Shown here piece after piece: positions 1 through 27,616 of a stretch of 64,000 nt of DNA (positions are counted from its first letter, which is position 1; each line of letters starts with the position of its first letter). The translations under genes were made by a program, and so were the position numbers. The DNA is taken from the NCBI GenBank assembly GCA_000708835.1, contig DF237074.1:1-64000 (forward strand), in the 5' to 3' direction. The notes under the pieces were generated by a model that was not told the origin of the DNA, ran no database searches, and saw only the letters and a list, made by a program, of their open reading frames with translations. Origin of the DNA: Klebsormidium nitens. Lineage: Eukaryota > Plantae > Klebsormidiophyceae.

Positions 1-2
1 TC

Positions 3-128
3 GATGACTGCTCGTTAAATTCCTGTTTGGTCATCGACGGCGCGGAGATGATCGAGGGTTTCAACTTGCGGCCCCGTTCGTCCGATGAAGTTTGGTTAGA
101 CTGCAAGGTCGCGCCGCCCCACCTATGA
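3..128 (+). other. Open frame running in from the window edge (DDCSLNSCLVIDGAEM...VAPPHL*); possible last exon of an upstream gene or element
   Basis: 41 stop-free codons from position 3 to TGA 126-128; no recognisable motif. Confidence 0.2.
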
Positions 129-575
129 CGTGGCCCCGCGCTGAGCGGACCCGATCCGGCGGAGGGTTTTTTAACGGCCTCACCCGGCGGCGGCGAGAGG
201 ACCGATTCTATTTTCGGGTTTGTTGCTTGCAGGATAGGGTAGATCTCAGGGGTGCACGTTAGTATCTTTGCTGTACTTTTACATCCAGTGGTTTGTAGTG
301 GCCCGTTAGTGGTAGTTTAGGCCCACGGTCCTTGTTTCGTTTAGAACTTCCAGTCCACATCTGACTGGTGTCAGAAGCTGTGCTGTGCACACGCTAGATT
401 GGCGGGTGCCAATCCGTTTAGATAGGTATTCATTGATTCGAACTCGGCACTATGTGCCCTTGTTAATTGATTCGTGACCGTGGGCCCGGGCCGCTACTTG
501 TATGTAGCGTTCTGTAGCATCACGAGCACGCTTGCCAAATCATTCTGTCATTCATCATTCTCGCACGATTCATGT

Positions 576-590
576 TGTGTGTGTGTGTGT
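576..590. repeat. (TG)n microsatellite
   Basis: tgtgtgtgtgtgtgt, about 7 units. Confidence 0.9.
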
Positions 591-1882
591 ATGTGTCTGT
601 GCTTGCTAATTTCGAGCAAGCACCAACAGAACGGATGGTCAAGAATCATCACTACCGTATATCGAACGGCCATCTGGGGGCCACTTGAAACTCCTCATTT
701 CGTCTCAATACAAAAGACCCTCCCTTCCATCTCTCTTTCAAGTTTTTCCTTTTCTCCTCTTTTTTCGCTCTGTTGTCTCTTCGACGGTTGTCTCTTCATT
801 TCCCCTGCCATGTGAGTGGGACCCCACCTGTTATTGGTTGTGCTACCACAGCTACTAGTTGCGGAAGAGAAGCCTGCCCGGCCACGTGCCACGCATGTGC
901 GCGGGTAGAGTGAGCCTTCAAACCCCCGGTGCGGCCGCGGAGCTCGCGACGTCCCGGGCCACAGGCGATTCACCAATTTTGCCCCTTATAGGCTAGGGCA
1001 TGGTACGTATTATAGGTAGTTAGGTACCTAGTATGAATTCTGCTGATTAGCGGAAGCGAATTTTAGCTGATGATTTGATTGGGGAAGCGTCTCATCATTG
1101 TATACCACTCAAGAACTTGAGGCAGCTTTTCGTTCATGCATAATGAAGACATAGTAAATGATGTAGCATGGCGGCACCATACTTTTGGCCTCCAGTGGTC
1201 AGTGGTATGGAGCCTGGCAATGTTGCTGTGTACCATGTGGCTGTCGGGATTGACAATCATAATGCTAATATATCAATACCAGCTATACAATGCATTAAAA
1301 TTTCAACGATCAGTATATAAGAGCCGGGCCCGCGAGGCTCATAAGCAGAGGTTAGCCAGGCAGTGGGCTTGGAGAACCATCGATAGAGATATCGACGGCT
1401 CATTCAACACGATGACCCTATCCGTAGAGGAAATCCATTTTCGCAACCTGGCTGATGGTGTCTTTTATGGACTCCATCTCGATCGGCCTTAGAGGAACAT
1501 CGTGGGGTTCTTCTAAAAGGCTTTATGATACTTAGAGGAAGGTGTACCTCTTTAAAACTGCTTAGGTGCTAATCTTGCAACTAGGCATGCATAAAGGTGC
1601 TACAACTTCAGCTTGCAAGGCTAATGGCGATAAGCTGCACTTCCATGCATATTGTATCCTGGCCCCGAACCTTGATTCGTCTCTCAAGCGTCAGCCCTCA
1701 TATTTGCTCACCAGCTCAAACACCACGGCCAGCTTTTGACTCTGATTACATATACAAGCTCGTGAGGATTACGCTCCTCTGTTATTAGTCAACCGCCAGC
1801 ACTTATTGTGCGCTCTAGATTTCCGTTTGCTCGGCCAGCTTATACAAGATGATTATGTACACACCCTCGTGAAGGACTGGAT

Positions 1883-4800
1883 TCATTTGTTGTTCCTCAA
1901 CCGCCAGTCGTCGTCTATTAACGTTTGCAGAAGCGACGTGCCGGTCACCAGCTTCGTAGTGGCAGCCAAGAATTCGTGTTTCGAATTTTCCTGCAATCGC
2001 GTAGAATTGGGCGGTTTTCGATATTCAGCCGCGTAGAACTGATTTACCCACCCAACTTGGTACAAATTTATGTGCACATGAGCCATTCTTCAGCATATAA
2101 TCGAGGGGAGCAATGTCACCCCATGACATCTTTATCTTTCACAACATGCAACCTCGTTTGGGATTCAAATGTGTCCGACTAGGGCAGGGTTTTCAAAAGC
2201 AGCATCTTTTGCAAAGCCGCTAAGCAATCGATGCAGACCCAGTCTAATAAGACGAACACAACCCCAACAACAAGCCCGCGACTGTACTGCTCGGGCAGTA
2301 CTTGAAAAGGAAATGTCACGAAGTTCAGAGCAATTGTATGCTTTGGCGAACGGTGCGCTACTGAGAGGCCGTTGCTCAAAGACCCGACCGCTCACCTGGC
2401 CGCTCAGAAACCGCAGCGCAGATATCTCCGCTGACGTCACCCCGCCCAGGAAGACCACGAGAACGAGCGAGCGCTGACCGTCGGGCCTGCACGACCGAAA
2501 AAAACGTCCGCTTCTAGTTCCTTGCTGCGGGGCCATATTTCAGTGTGTCTGAAGACGCACCCGGCGAAAGAACTCAGTGGAGAAGCAGAAAGTCAAGCGC
2601 GCAAGACACAGGGTCTTGTTGTGCCGAAAGCCTTGCCATCTGCTTACTATATTGGCGTCGAATTAAATCTCTACCATCCTGAAAGTGCACCGAGGAACCG
2701 TTAGAGACAGCTCTGATCTGACCACTTATGAGCAAACAAACATGGAGCCGCTACGTAGTACGAATAAGGCATGTATTAACTTACCTGTCTACGCTGATGC
2801 TCTGGGCCTCGTGCTCCACCGGCGTCCCGTCTGCGTCTAGCGCCTGAGAAAAAGGGAGATAGGTGTGAGGTGTAGAGTGGCTTCGCAGCGAGTGGATTTG
2901 ACTATTGCGCCCACCACGATAAAAAGTCGTCGAATGTATGGATGCATCTTGCAGACTGTCAGCACCTTTGAGGGTTTCTTTAGACCAGAACGCGAGCGAG
3001 CGTCAACTCTAGCAAATTTCGCCCAAAATTGAGCACCCTCTGCAACGTCAGTCCCTTTCCCCTACTCTCGGCGTAAGCTCGGATCCATTCTCTCTGTTTT
3101 CTTCTCTACACTCGCAATGAGGGTCTGCATTCTCTATCAGAAGCCCAACGGGATGAATGCACGAGAGCGCCAAACCCGAGCCGCCTACCTGTGTCTTTTC
3201 AAAGTGTGGCCCGGGCAACGATCTAAGGAGCTCGTCCATGCTTTTCCTGTAGGAGAGGAAAGAGGAGCAAATTGACAAGTTGCTGGACGACAACAAAACC
3301 TTCAGTACCAGGTGCCGTTGACATCATGATGTCGATCAGTCATCAGAGCAAGAATCCTGCTCTGCGGGCAGACATGAGATTTTGCAGGCGGACGGTCAGA
3401 ACGAAACAAGGCTTGATGATTCGCGCGTGCTGCAGGGGCTCGTCGTGCCTTTCATATACTGGTTATAAGGAGCTGGGGAAGAATGCAAATGAGGTGCATG
3501 CGGTCCAGCCATGGGCAGAGCGCCTTATTCACCGGCGTTCCCTTAGGATATAGACTCGTCTAAAATGCACACATCCGCTGACCTGACAAACGTGTTTTTC
3601 GGAGTCCTCGGCGGATTGCGGAAAGCGGGCCAACGCCTTGAGTCAGTGCTGGGCGGCCGTTGAAAGGCCAGCGATGCCGCTTCTGAGAAGTTCAGCTGCG
3701 GAAACATTACCGCCTGCAATATTGGAGGGCGAAGAGGCCGAGAAACTCACCACCTATCTTGTAGCGCCTGTTGGATAAGCCGTATGCTCAGGGGCGCGTA
3801 TCCCGAGAAGGTGTACGAAATGTCCGTGGGACTGCAAAGACGAAGACGTTTTGGTGGATCCAATCCTTCGACAGGTCTAATTTGACATGAGCGCCGCGAA
3901 TACTGGAAACTTCCGAAACAGCACTCTAGGAAAAGACCCCGGTGACATTCTCCTATGAGTGGAAACCCGATTGTTGTGCGAGAGTTCATCTGTGTCGATT
4001 ACCCGTCTAATGTACGGAGCTTGTCAGATTACAGTCAACCGGCCGCATAGCGATCGTAATTCACGTTTGATTATCAATCGTGAGAACCCTTACTTGGAAT
4101 CGTCTTGGCCCTCAACCACCAGCTTCAGAGCACGCCGAACCGCCGGGTAGGTGTTCCGCCCATCCTGAACAGCGGACCAGGACGGGAAGCGGAATGAGTG
4201 ACTTGGTCTGAATGGTAAACACAAGAGCGAAATTTTGGCACCGTTGTAGCTATTCGGCGGTGGAATAAGGTAGCCTTAATTCCGGGTTCGAAGTGCTGGG
4301 GCTTCCACAGCAGGATCTCCGTCGTTCTTCATCAAGATTTGCGCTATGGCTGAAAGACGCGCTGTTTCGGCGACCCCGTCCGTCTTCAGGAGATACGAAG
4401 TGGTCGCCCTACCCTTTGCTGGCTGCACCCTTGTGGTTGCCCAACCTCAACGAAGAGAGACGGCAAAGCGCACCATCTGTGAAGACTAAGGCGGACTTAT
4501 GTCATTCTTACTCTTACAGCTTCTTCCGAGCAACCTGCTAGTTTTGGTGGAAATCTTAGACTAATTTAGTCAGTCATTTATAGAGTGAAATTAGTCTACA
4601 CTAGATGACACTAAAGCTGGCAGGTTGATCGGGAGAAGCTGTAGCTTTGGAAACGACTCAGAGTTAGGCATGTCCGTCACGGCGTCTGTAAGGTCACCGT
4701 TGATCACGTTGCTGATTGCCGCGTTCTTACGCTTGAGGGGTCCGTAGACGAGTAAGATCCACGTCGCCGCGTTGCAATCGACGTTGGTAAAACAACCGTG

Positions 4801-7800
4801 ATTTAGCCGTACCACACCACGTTCAGGATGCATTACGCCGTACATTAAAACCTCTACTGAGAACAACCATAAAATTAAACTCCCTCTCCCCGGAATGTGG
4901 TCTGCCCTTCTCCCCCGTAGATAGCTTTTGGTCTCACCTGCCTTCGTAGCAGGCCCGCCTTCTCCAGGTTGTTCAGCGTGAAAGTGTACTCAAAGCCGTA
5001 GCTCTGCAGGATCTCCCGTCTGCACGAGCGGATGCCCGGAATCGGTCAAGCACTTCTGAGCGGTGGCGCAGGTTTCGCAAAGCTGTGCGTGGCACAAAGT
5101 ACTCGCGAGAAAAAGCGTGTAGCGTTGACAGGCTCATCAAGCGGGAGCTGCCTTTGCCGAAAACCGGGTCAGCGGGTCCTCCTGCAACTTGCTGTTGTTC
5201 CTCAAAGCCACAATTGCAAAACTCAATCGCAAGGACTCCACTCCCCCTTTGACCCGTTGGGAACAAACCTCAACGTTTTGGCGCAAACAGTGATGCCGCC
5301 AGACAAAGCTGCCACCTCATCAAAACAAGGGATAAGGAAATATTGAGGAGCAAAAGGTCTGCGGAGAGGCTTGCCTGAGAAAATCGAACTGTTTCCGCGG
5401 CAGGCCGCCGCAGGTGAGCGAGAGCAGGCAGAGGAGGCGGAGCACGCTGGGCAGCGGCTCCTGCTTGTCGATCATCTCCTCAATGTACTCGGACGGGCTG
5501 CACGGCACACGGACGTCCGCGTCAGGGAGCAGACGACTAGCCATATTCGAATATAGTCGGACGGTTGGCACTGTCAAGTCATAACATCAAACAAGTGGAG
5601 AGGGGCTCCTTCTTATCGATCTAATCCTCAATGTACTCGGACGGGCTGCACGGGATGCGGACGTCCGCGTCAGTGGGCGGACGGCCCGGCGACGTTCTGG
5701 TCCAATCAGACGGTTGGCGACGTTCAGCCAGAACTCGAACGCCTGAAAGCCCTCCCTAAGAGAAGACCAGCGATCTACTTCACGCACAGCCCAGGTTGGT
5801 AGAGAATGTCAACGGAGAGGGGTTTGTTTTATGGACCGGATCCGTCAGAGCAGAAGGGTCAGCAGGCGCTATACCCAGTTGTTGACTGGTCAAACCTCCA
5901 AAACAATTGCTGTTAGACCCGATCGGATCAATCGCGGGAAGAACTTCAAAACACTCGGGCCCCTCGGATCGCCCAGCAACGCAGAGTGTAGCTCTTCCCC
6001 TACAGACACTGTCCCCGCCACAGCCTTTGTTTTGACACAGACGAGCGTCAACAGTCAGGGAAAACGACTCAGATGGCTGAAAGACGGTCGGCATGACCCT
6101 GGCTCTGTCTCCGACGAGCGCCAGCGAAGTAAGATGCGGCATAGACGGCGTCCCAAGAAAACAATTGTCTGCCTGCTGAACCCGAAAACATGGCTCTAAA
6201 GTACAGCGCAGCCCGCTTTCCTCGTACGGTACTCACGCCTCTGGTCGCACCTCTAGCATGGACTGCTCGATATTGAGGCGCGAGAGGAAGGCGGGGTTAG
6301 TGGTGAAGGTCGTCAGGTGCTGGGCCAGGTTGGTGTGCCGCTGGGGAACCGAAGAAGAAAATCATCGAATAACTGGTTAGCGAGAGCACGAATGTCAACG
6401 AAACACGACAAGCGGAAGCACGATCTGTGAGAGCACGAATGATCGACGAAACACGACAAGCGGAAGGACGCATTGTGAAAGCACGAATGATCAACGAAAC
6501 ACGACAAGCGGAAGGACGCATTGTGAGAGCTCGACGGGTCGAGTCAGACTGGCTGGAAAGCACGGAGTGTCTCGACAATTGCACTCGTTCTGTGGGCCAA
6601 TTTGGAAGAAGCGCCGCAGCCCACGTGCAAAAAGGTTCATTCGTAGACTACACAACGGTCCAGCCAAATATTCCCGCGCCCAGACGCGTCTACGCATGCC
6701 CTCAAAACCCGTCTCCTTTCTGGCCGCTCGCGCACTTAAGAGCCCCAGACGGCCGACTCACCGTCATTTCGGGCAGGATGTTGAGCCGCTTGACGAAGTC
6801 CTTGAGCTGCGAGACGGACTGGTTCTGGGGCAGGTCCTTGTAGTCCTCGCGCATCGCGGTCGCCTTCTGCCGCAAGATGTTGCCCACCACGCCGAAGTTG
6901 AGGTCGCGCAGCTCGCGGTATAGCTTGTCCCTGGAAAGATGTCCAAGTTTGAGTTTGAGTCTATCTACGTAAACTCGCGGTACAGCTTGTCCCGGCGAAA
7001 TGAAGTCTCAGGTACAGAAAGCTTTCGGAGTACTAAGATCACAGTTTGGGGTGGGGTTCAAGGTGAATGCGGGTGCAGACAAGGTGAATTAAAGGGTTCA
7101 TGTTTAGTGTTTGAGTTCGGAGCTTACTGTTCCTAAAACTTACTAGCCTAGATTGTCACGCATCTTGTCCCTTGAGGGGGTGGGCCTCCGAATGAGAAGA
7201 CTTGTTTACTCGGGGGCTCAGGATTTGTCGGATTGAAGCACACGCACGCGCGCATGGCGTCTAGAAACTTTTGATTCAAACTCAGCTAGATTGCGTTGTA
7301 AAGGTTGAGTTGCGTGTCTATCTCTTTAGCGGTGCAGCTCGCAGTGAGGGCACAAGCGATTGTTTAGCAGCGAGACGGGACCGAGGCAGTCCTTCTAAAC
7401 TAGAGTCCAATACGAGGATCGATGACAACATTCAGATGCAACGAGAACCGTCCGTGCTCTTGTTGGCCACGACGAGGTCCAACGACGGTCTGCGTAACGA
7501 ATCTGGTCGTGCATGAGCATACTGTTGAGAAGAAGTCTGCAGCTGTTCGAGGTTCGACGCCCCAGCTTTTGCAGATTTGACGCCTCCAACAATGCTTCTT
7601 CACTAGGATCAAAGAGCCCCACCTCGGGGCCGTTTAAGAAAGGCTTCGGGCTCCTTGTGGACCTTACGTGGAATTGAGCGGTATTTTGATCTTCTTTGGG
7701 TTCGCCGCTTGACCCATCACGGTAGGGTCCACCTCAACTGATCCGTTGCTGATGTGTATGAACTGCATGAAACGGAAATCAACATCACGGCTCGAAAGCG

Positions 7801-9896
7801 TCCAGCAGAGGACGGATCATACGAAACTGGTTTCAAGGCCCGAAAATCAAAGGAGACTCTTGTCAGAAAAGGTGCTCCTGTTTCAACGATCATGTGCCTG
7901 TTTCAGCTTTTTGTCTCTCGCAACAATTCACAAGACCAGGACCAGATTCTTCCTTGGGATGAGTAATCCGAAGTGAGTCCACCTTTGACAACGGACATCC
8001 GAGGGCCTGGCGACCAGTCTAGGGAAAAGCGCACCTCGTCTAGCAGCCCCTCGTATGTGAGCTGCGAGCACATGGGCGTGATCATGTCCACTTGGCGGTC
8101 GATCAGGACCATTGTGTCGATCTCGGGCGGAATCTGCGGCAACGGCTGCTCCCGGCGCATCCGGGCCATCAGGTCCGCCACGTGCGACGCCGCGCGGCCC
8201 TTGCCCTTCACGTTGGGTATCGTCCCAAAGACGGCCTGCAATGATGGGCAAGTCCTGATGAAATGTTGACGCAATGAGGGCTTGAGATGTGAGCGGCGCT
8301 CCAAATTAGCTACTCCTTTGATCAAGAGTGGAGGGCAACCACAGCCAGCCCAGAGCTTTGCTTGCAGTGCAATCAAGCGGGCTTCGAAAAGGTCCTAATT
8401 AAAACGGCTTCCAAGAGCTGTAACGCTCGGTTCTTTGAAAACATAGAATCTTGTTACTGAAAATGAAGTGAAGTAACACAGGTGTCGGGGGTCTGGACGA
8501 GATCCCCGCGGTTCCTTGCGCATGTTGAAAAGCAGCTGCGATCTTGTGGTACCGACCGCTGTGTCAGACAATCAAGATCAACGGACTCGACGCGTTTTTC
8601 ACATCCAACCTTCACGTTTTAATGGCTTGGCACCCCGCATCGAATCTCAATGCTTGCGTGTTCACGCGAGGAAGCCGTCCCAGAAAGTCGGTCAGGCGTC
8701 AACCAAGACGTTCAGTACCCACCTGTAATCGCCAGAGGGCCTTCGCCACGTCATAGAGGCAGCTGCGGTCCCCATCCACGAGCAGCTCCTTGTAGGCCGC
8801 GTCTAGTTCCAGCGACAGCACGTCTTCATCGAACGGAAGCAGGTCCAAGGGAAACTCGCCCAGTGTGACGTCAGCAAAGATGCCCGCGTCTTCAAGGACC
8901 TGCAAAGTGTCAATTTGGTGCGAGCTGGCTGGTTAGGAGGGCTTAACCAGGTTGCGTTATGGGCAGAAGGCTATTGTTTAGGAGGTAACTTTAAGTTCAT
9001 CAGACGTGGTTGAAGGACAGGTGATGGATTCTAGCCGCGGGAGAAAGGCCAGAAGGGAGTTTGGCTTGGACAGACTTGGGGCTAAGGACACTGGGCAAAA
9101 CTAGTGCACCCATGCTATTTTTTCGCCCCTGATTGGTTGGTCACAAATATTGCTTAAATATGGGGTTCATCTCATGAGTCAGTCATTGCAAGTGGTGTGG
9201 CTTGAATGGTTCTCTTTACCAGGTTGTGAGCGGTCAATGAAGGCATAGGGTAGCCAACGAACTGTTTTCTAGCTCATTGCAAGGTTCTAGTACGAGTATA
9301 AGAGCGATGAGCAAGCCGCGATGTTTTTCCAAAGCCGTGATCCACTTAAAGCCTGGAACAACCAGCACATAGCAGAAGTGGTCATCATGCCACCACTGTG
9401 CCGTTCTTAGTCCTTTTCCAAACCCCTCCATACACAGTTATTTTTGAACCCTAAGTCCGCCAGTGGTGAGTCGCAAAACACAAGGAGGCAATTCACGGCA
9501 GTACCACCACCATCCGTCCCCCACCTTCTCGCACGCGATCGTCTTCCGGGGCATAAAGTACACCGCATACTGCCGCTGCAGCTTCTCCCGGTTATCATGT
9601 CGCACGTGCCCGGCAATGAGCTTCATCAGCCCCGGCCTTGGGCGCACCAGATACATTACATTTTTGCAGTCAGTGTGAATTGGCTCTGGCGTGAGGTGGT
9701 ACAAGTTCTCCACCCCGTGCTCCTTGAGCAGTGCAATTTGCACGATGAGCGCAAGCGGGCCGCTCAGCTTGGGGTCCAGGACGAGGACTTTCTTGCCCCG
9801 CATCGAGTCGAGCGCGTCGACCAATTCCTTCCGGGCGTGGTCGCGGTATGCGCCCAGGTTGATGCTCGCGTTGTCCAAGTTCGGTAGCTGCGCCAT
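1883..9896 (-). CDS. VPS33: Vacuolar protein sorting 33 (Sec1/Munc18 family, HOPS/CORVET subunit), about 596 aa, 14 exons
   Basis: Exons: 9896-9525, 8899-8723, 8235-8035, 7762-7668, 6930-6762, 6340-6237, 5497-5375, 5019-4938, 4164-4094, 3831-3751, 3246-3189, 2843-2785, 2486-2396, 1990-1883; all phases compatible. Motifs [74 protein letters not shown]. The exon 6/7 junction is ambiguous (see findings). Confidence 0.95.
5020..5374 (-). other. Non-canonical GC-AG intron (VPS33 intron 7)
   Basis: Minus-strand donor CTCAG|GCAAGC at 5374 and acceptor GTGCAG| at 5020 keep the frame [15 protein letters not shown]. Confidence 0.85.
5594..5673 (-). repeat. Degenerate upstream duplicate of the VPS33 exon 7 branch site, acceptor and exon start
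   Basis: Matches 5446-5525 at a 148-bp offset; keeps ctgac...gtgcag|CCCGTCCGAGTACATTGAGGA; in-frame TAG. Confidence 0.9.
6382..6531. repeat. 48-bp minisatellite (about 3.1 units) in VPS33 intron 5
   Basis: Unit gagagcacgaatgatcgacgaaacacgacaagcggaaggacgcattgt starting at 6382, 6429, 6477, 6525 (partial). Confidence 0.92.
6974..6993 (-). repeat. Upstream duplicate of the VPS33 exon 5 start
   Basis: ctcgcggtacagcttgtccc vs 6912-6931 ctcgcggtatagcttgtccc (19/20); 62-bp offset; AG lost. Confidence 0.75.
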
Positions 9897-10927
9897 GGTG
9901 CTGCAGACCTGCCGCTAGGTATCTCTGAAATTGTTCTAGGAATTTCAAAGGTGGGGATACGGCAGCAGCGATCGCTTCGGGGCTAGCGACCCCACACTTT
10001 ATCTCAAGATGATGCGATCTGGGCATGAACCAGTGGCTGCTTCTCTGAAGTTTCCATTCCTTCAAATACGCACTGATCGAAGGGCAGAGTGCATTGCAAG
10101 TCGTCATCAATGGAAAGTGCAATCACCATCCAACAGGCTCCTGTACTGTGTAAGACTGTGTAAGAGTCAATGCAGAAGAGGCCGCCTTCAATGACCGTGA
10201 CTCTTCAAGTTCATGAGTAGGAGCCGCCCGCGGCTCGCCGGCGGCACTCGGACTCCAGCTGCGAAAATTCAAACCCTTCATGACACTAGTGGCAGAAGCT
10301 ATGTAATCCGACCGGGGTGCGGATCAGGTGGTGCTTGGTCAGGAGCAAACGACCCTTCAGTGTTCACCTGTCGTCGGTACCGACAAAATACTACGTACTA
10401 TTCGCCACTCGGTGTCAAGCAAAGCTGGCTGAAATTTTGGCGGGAATTTCAAAGTTCAAACTTGGCTGGTTCAGCCTCTGGTGAACTCTGCCGCAGTGGC
10501 GCGGCGCGGCGGAGTCCGGACTTCGGATCATCTGCTCGCTCATCGGCTTGCAGCTGGACGCCTTGGCCCTTCCCGTTCCAGACCTTCACCATCGATCGGC
10601 ACATTGCCCTGGTAGCTTCTGTTGGCGCCCTGCGCGACTTCGAGAAAGTCTGCATCGGTCTTGCAGGGCGGCCATCTTCTGCAGTGGGATGGCGATCGTG
10701 GCAGTAAAACAACGAGTGCGATACTAGTACCGGTACGGTTGAAGCATGCCAGCGCACCTGCGGTTGAAGCTCTGTCCAGCTCACCTGCTGCGGACTCGTA
10801 GCCTTCCAACAATCACGCTGTTTGCATTGAAGCTGCATGTGGGTGTCTCTATCGGGTTTGACAGAAACTGATCTGACAAGGGTTCCTTCTGTTCGCCCAC
10901 CGACAGCTACAGATCGAGCAGCTAACA
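9897..10927. promoter_or_regulatory. Divergent (head-to-head) intergenic region VPS33 / CHD; probable bidirectional promoter
   Basis: Opposite-strand start codons about 1 kb apart; no specific motif assigned. Confidence 0.45.
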
Positions 10928-26171
<15,244 letters not shown>

Positions 26172-27616
26172 GGACTTACAGTACTGATGCTACTGGTACG
26201 AGCCGCACAGTAGCTCCGCTTAGGACACCCCTCCACATCTGTTAAAACAGCATTGCTAAGGGCTCGCATTCCGTCCCTAGCGAAAAGGCCGCTGCGAAGG
26301 CGACGATTCTTAAACACTCTTAGCTCGATAAAGCAATCGACCAGCATTGAGAAGTACACTGGTAGAAGGCTGTAAAATCTGCTTGCATGAAACCGCCCCC
26401 ATGGGCAAGCATTCGCTCACAGAATCATGAACTTTTTCAATCTACGTAGCCTAGTCGACGAGTTTGACGTTCGAACGGTTGCACGCGTGCTGACATAAGG
26501 CTGAGCTCTTGTCGCTTGAAGCAGATCATGGTGGCCTGCGACACATGTAGCTTTCCGCTTCCTCAGATCTGGTGCGTCTGAGTGAAAGTAAATCGCAAGC
26601 TCCGGGTGCATGCACATGGGCCGGCTGGGCTCATGGGACGCTGCGGGCCCATATATATGAATTTGAGATCGCTGCACTCGCGCTTGATCATTGAATTTGA
26701 ATCTTTTTCCCCTTTTAGCAAAGATCCCCAAAGCTATGAAGTACGGGTCAGGGGTTTTTCAATGGCCCGGCGCCTTGCATTCCAACCTAGATTGCCATGA
26801 TGATGACGCACGAGCCATCATTCTTCAACCGAACGCCGACCAGATGCTTCTTACCCGACCCGTTGCTATCAACATCCTGAGCCTTACAAAACAGAGTTGG
26901 TGACAAGCACCTGTTGCTTGGATACCCTCAAGAAGCCCTCTAAAAAAGCATAACTTAGCGCGTCTTATTGGTTAGCATGGGCTGCATAAGTCAGGAGTTG
27001 TTGCGAAAGTTGGCACGGTGTATGAGTAGCACGGTAGCTGGTAGGTTGTTGTTCACGTTATTTAAGCAGACACCCTCAAAAGCTCATGCATGCAAACAAT
27101 TAGCTATGCCATGAGAAGCCTATGGCCGCACTGGCTACGGCGTTACGATCAAAGAGACCATGTCTTAGTGACTAGCGCGTGCAGATCGCCACCGGCTGCG
27201 TACTGCGCAGGCGCCCGCATGCTAGTTGCTGATAATGGAGTTCGATCGCACTCGGCCTATCGAATATAACACGGGAATCCTTGTGCATCATGCATGCCGC
27301 CATCTTTGCTTGCATGCACTGACATGACTCATGTCGGAAATCTGCAAATTCGGCCGCGCCCGCGCCTGATTGCCAGCGCATCAGTAGTAAGTACATGAGC
27401 TCCCTAGTAATTCGGTTCAGTATATCTATATAGCTGTACGTATACATGCACTCATGAGCACGTCTACAATATATATATGTGCAAGCTGGATGCTATTCAT
27501 AGATAAATCCGATTGCGGCCAGCCGGACCCGCAGATCTTCTTTGAAGACAAGCTGCCGGGCAGGCTTATAAGTAGCTGTTCACCATGCAAGAGTGAAGGC
27601 GGCGGCAAGATATGCT

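Noticed and set aside
1-1100. Possible retroelement end (purine tract near 230-255, tcatt repeats, (TG)n)
   Set aside because: No LTR pair, target-site duplication, poly-A tail or RT/integrase motif visible within the window
4308-4324. gcaggatctccgtc resembling the VPS33 exon 8 start
   Set aside because: Only about 14 nt with an indel, about 700 bp away and on the downstream side; compatible with chance
6382-6531. CRISPR-like repeat array
   Set aside because: Units are contiguous with no unique spacers, and the context is a eukaryotic intron
26600-27460. Cluster of RY (CATGCA) motifs
   Set aside because: Sits between two convergent 3' ends; short palindromes are common in this window, and enrichment cannot be shown by eye
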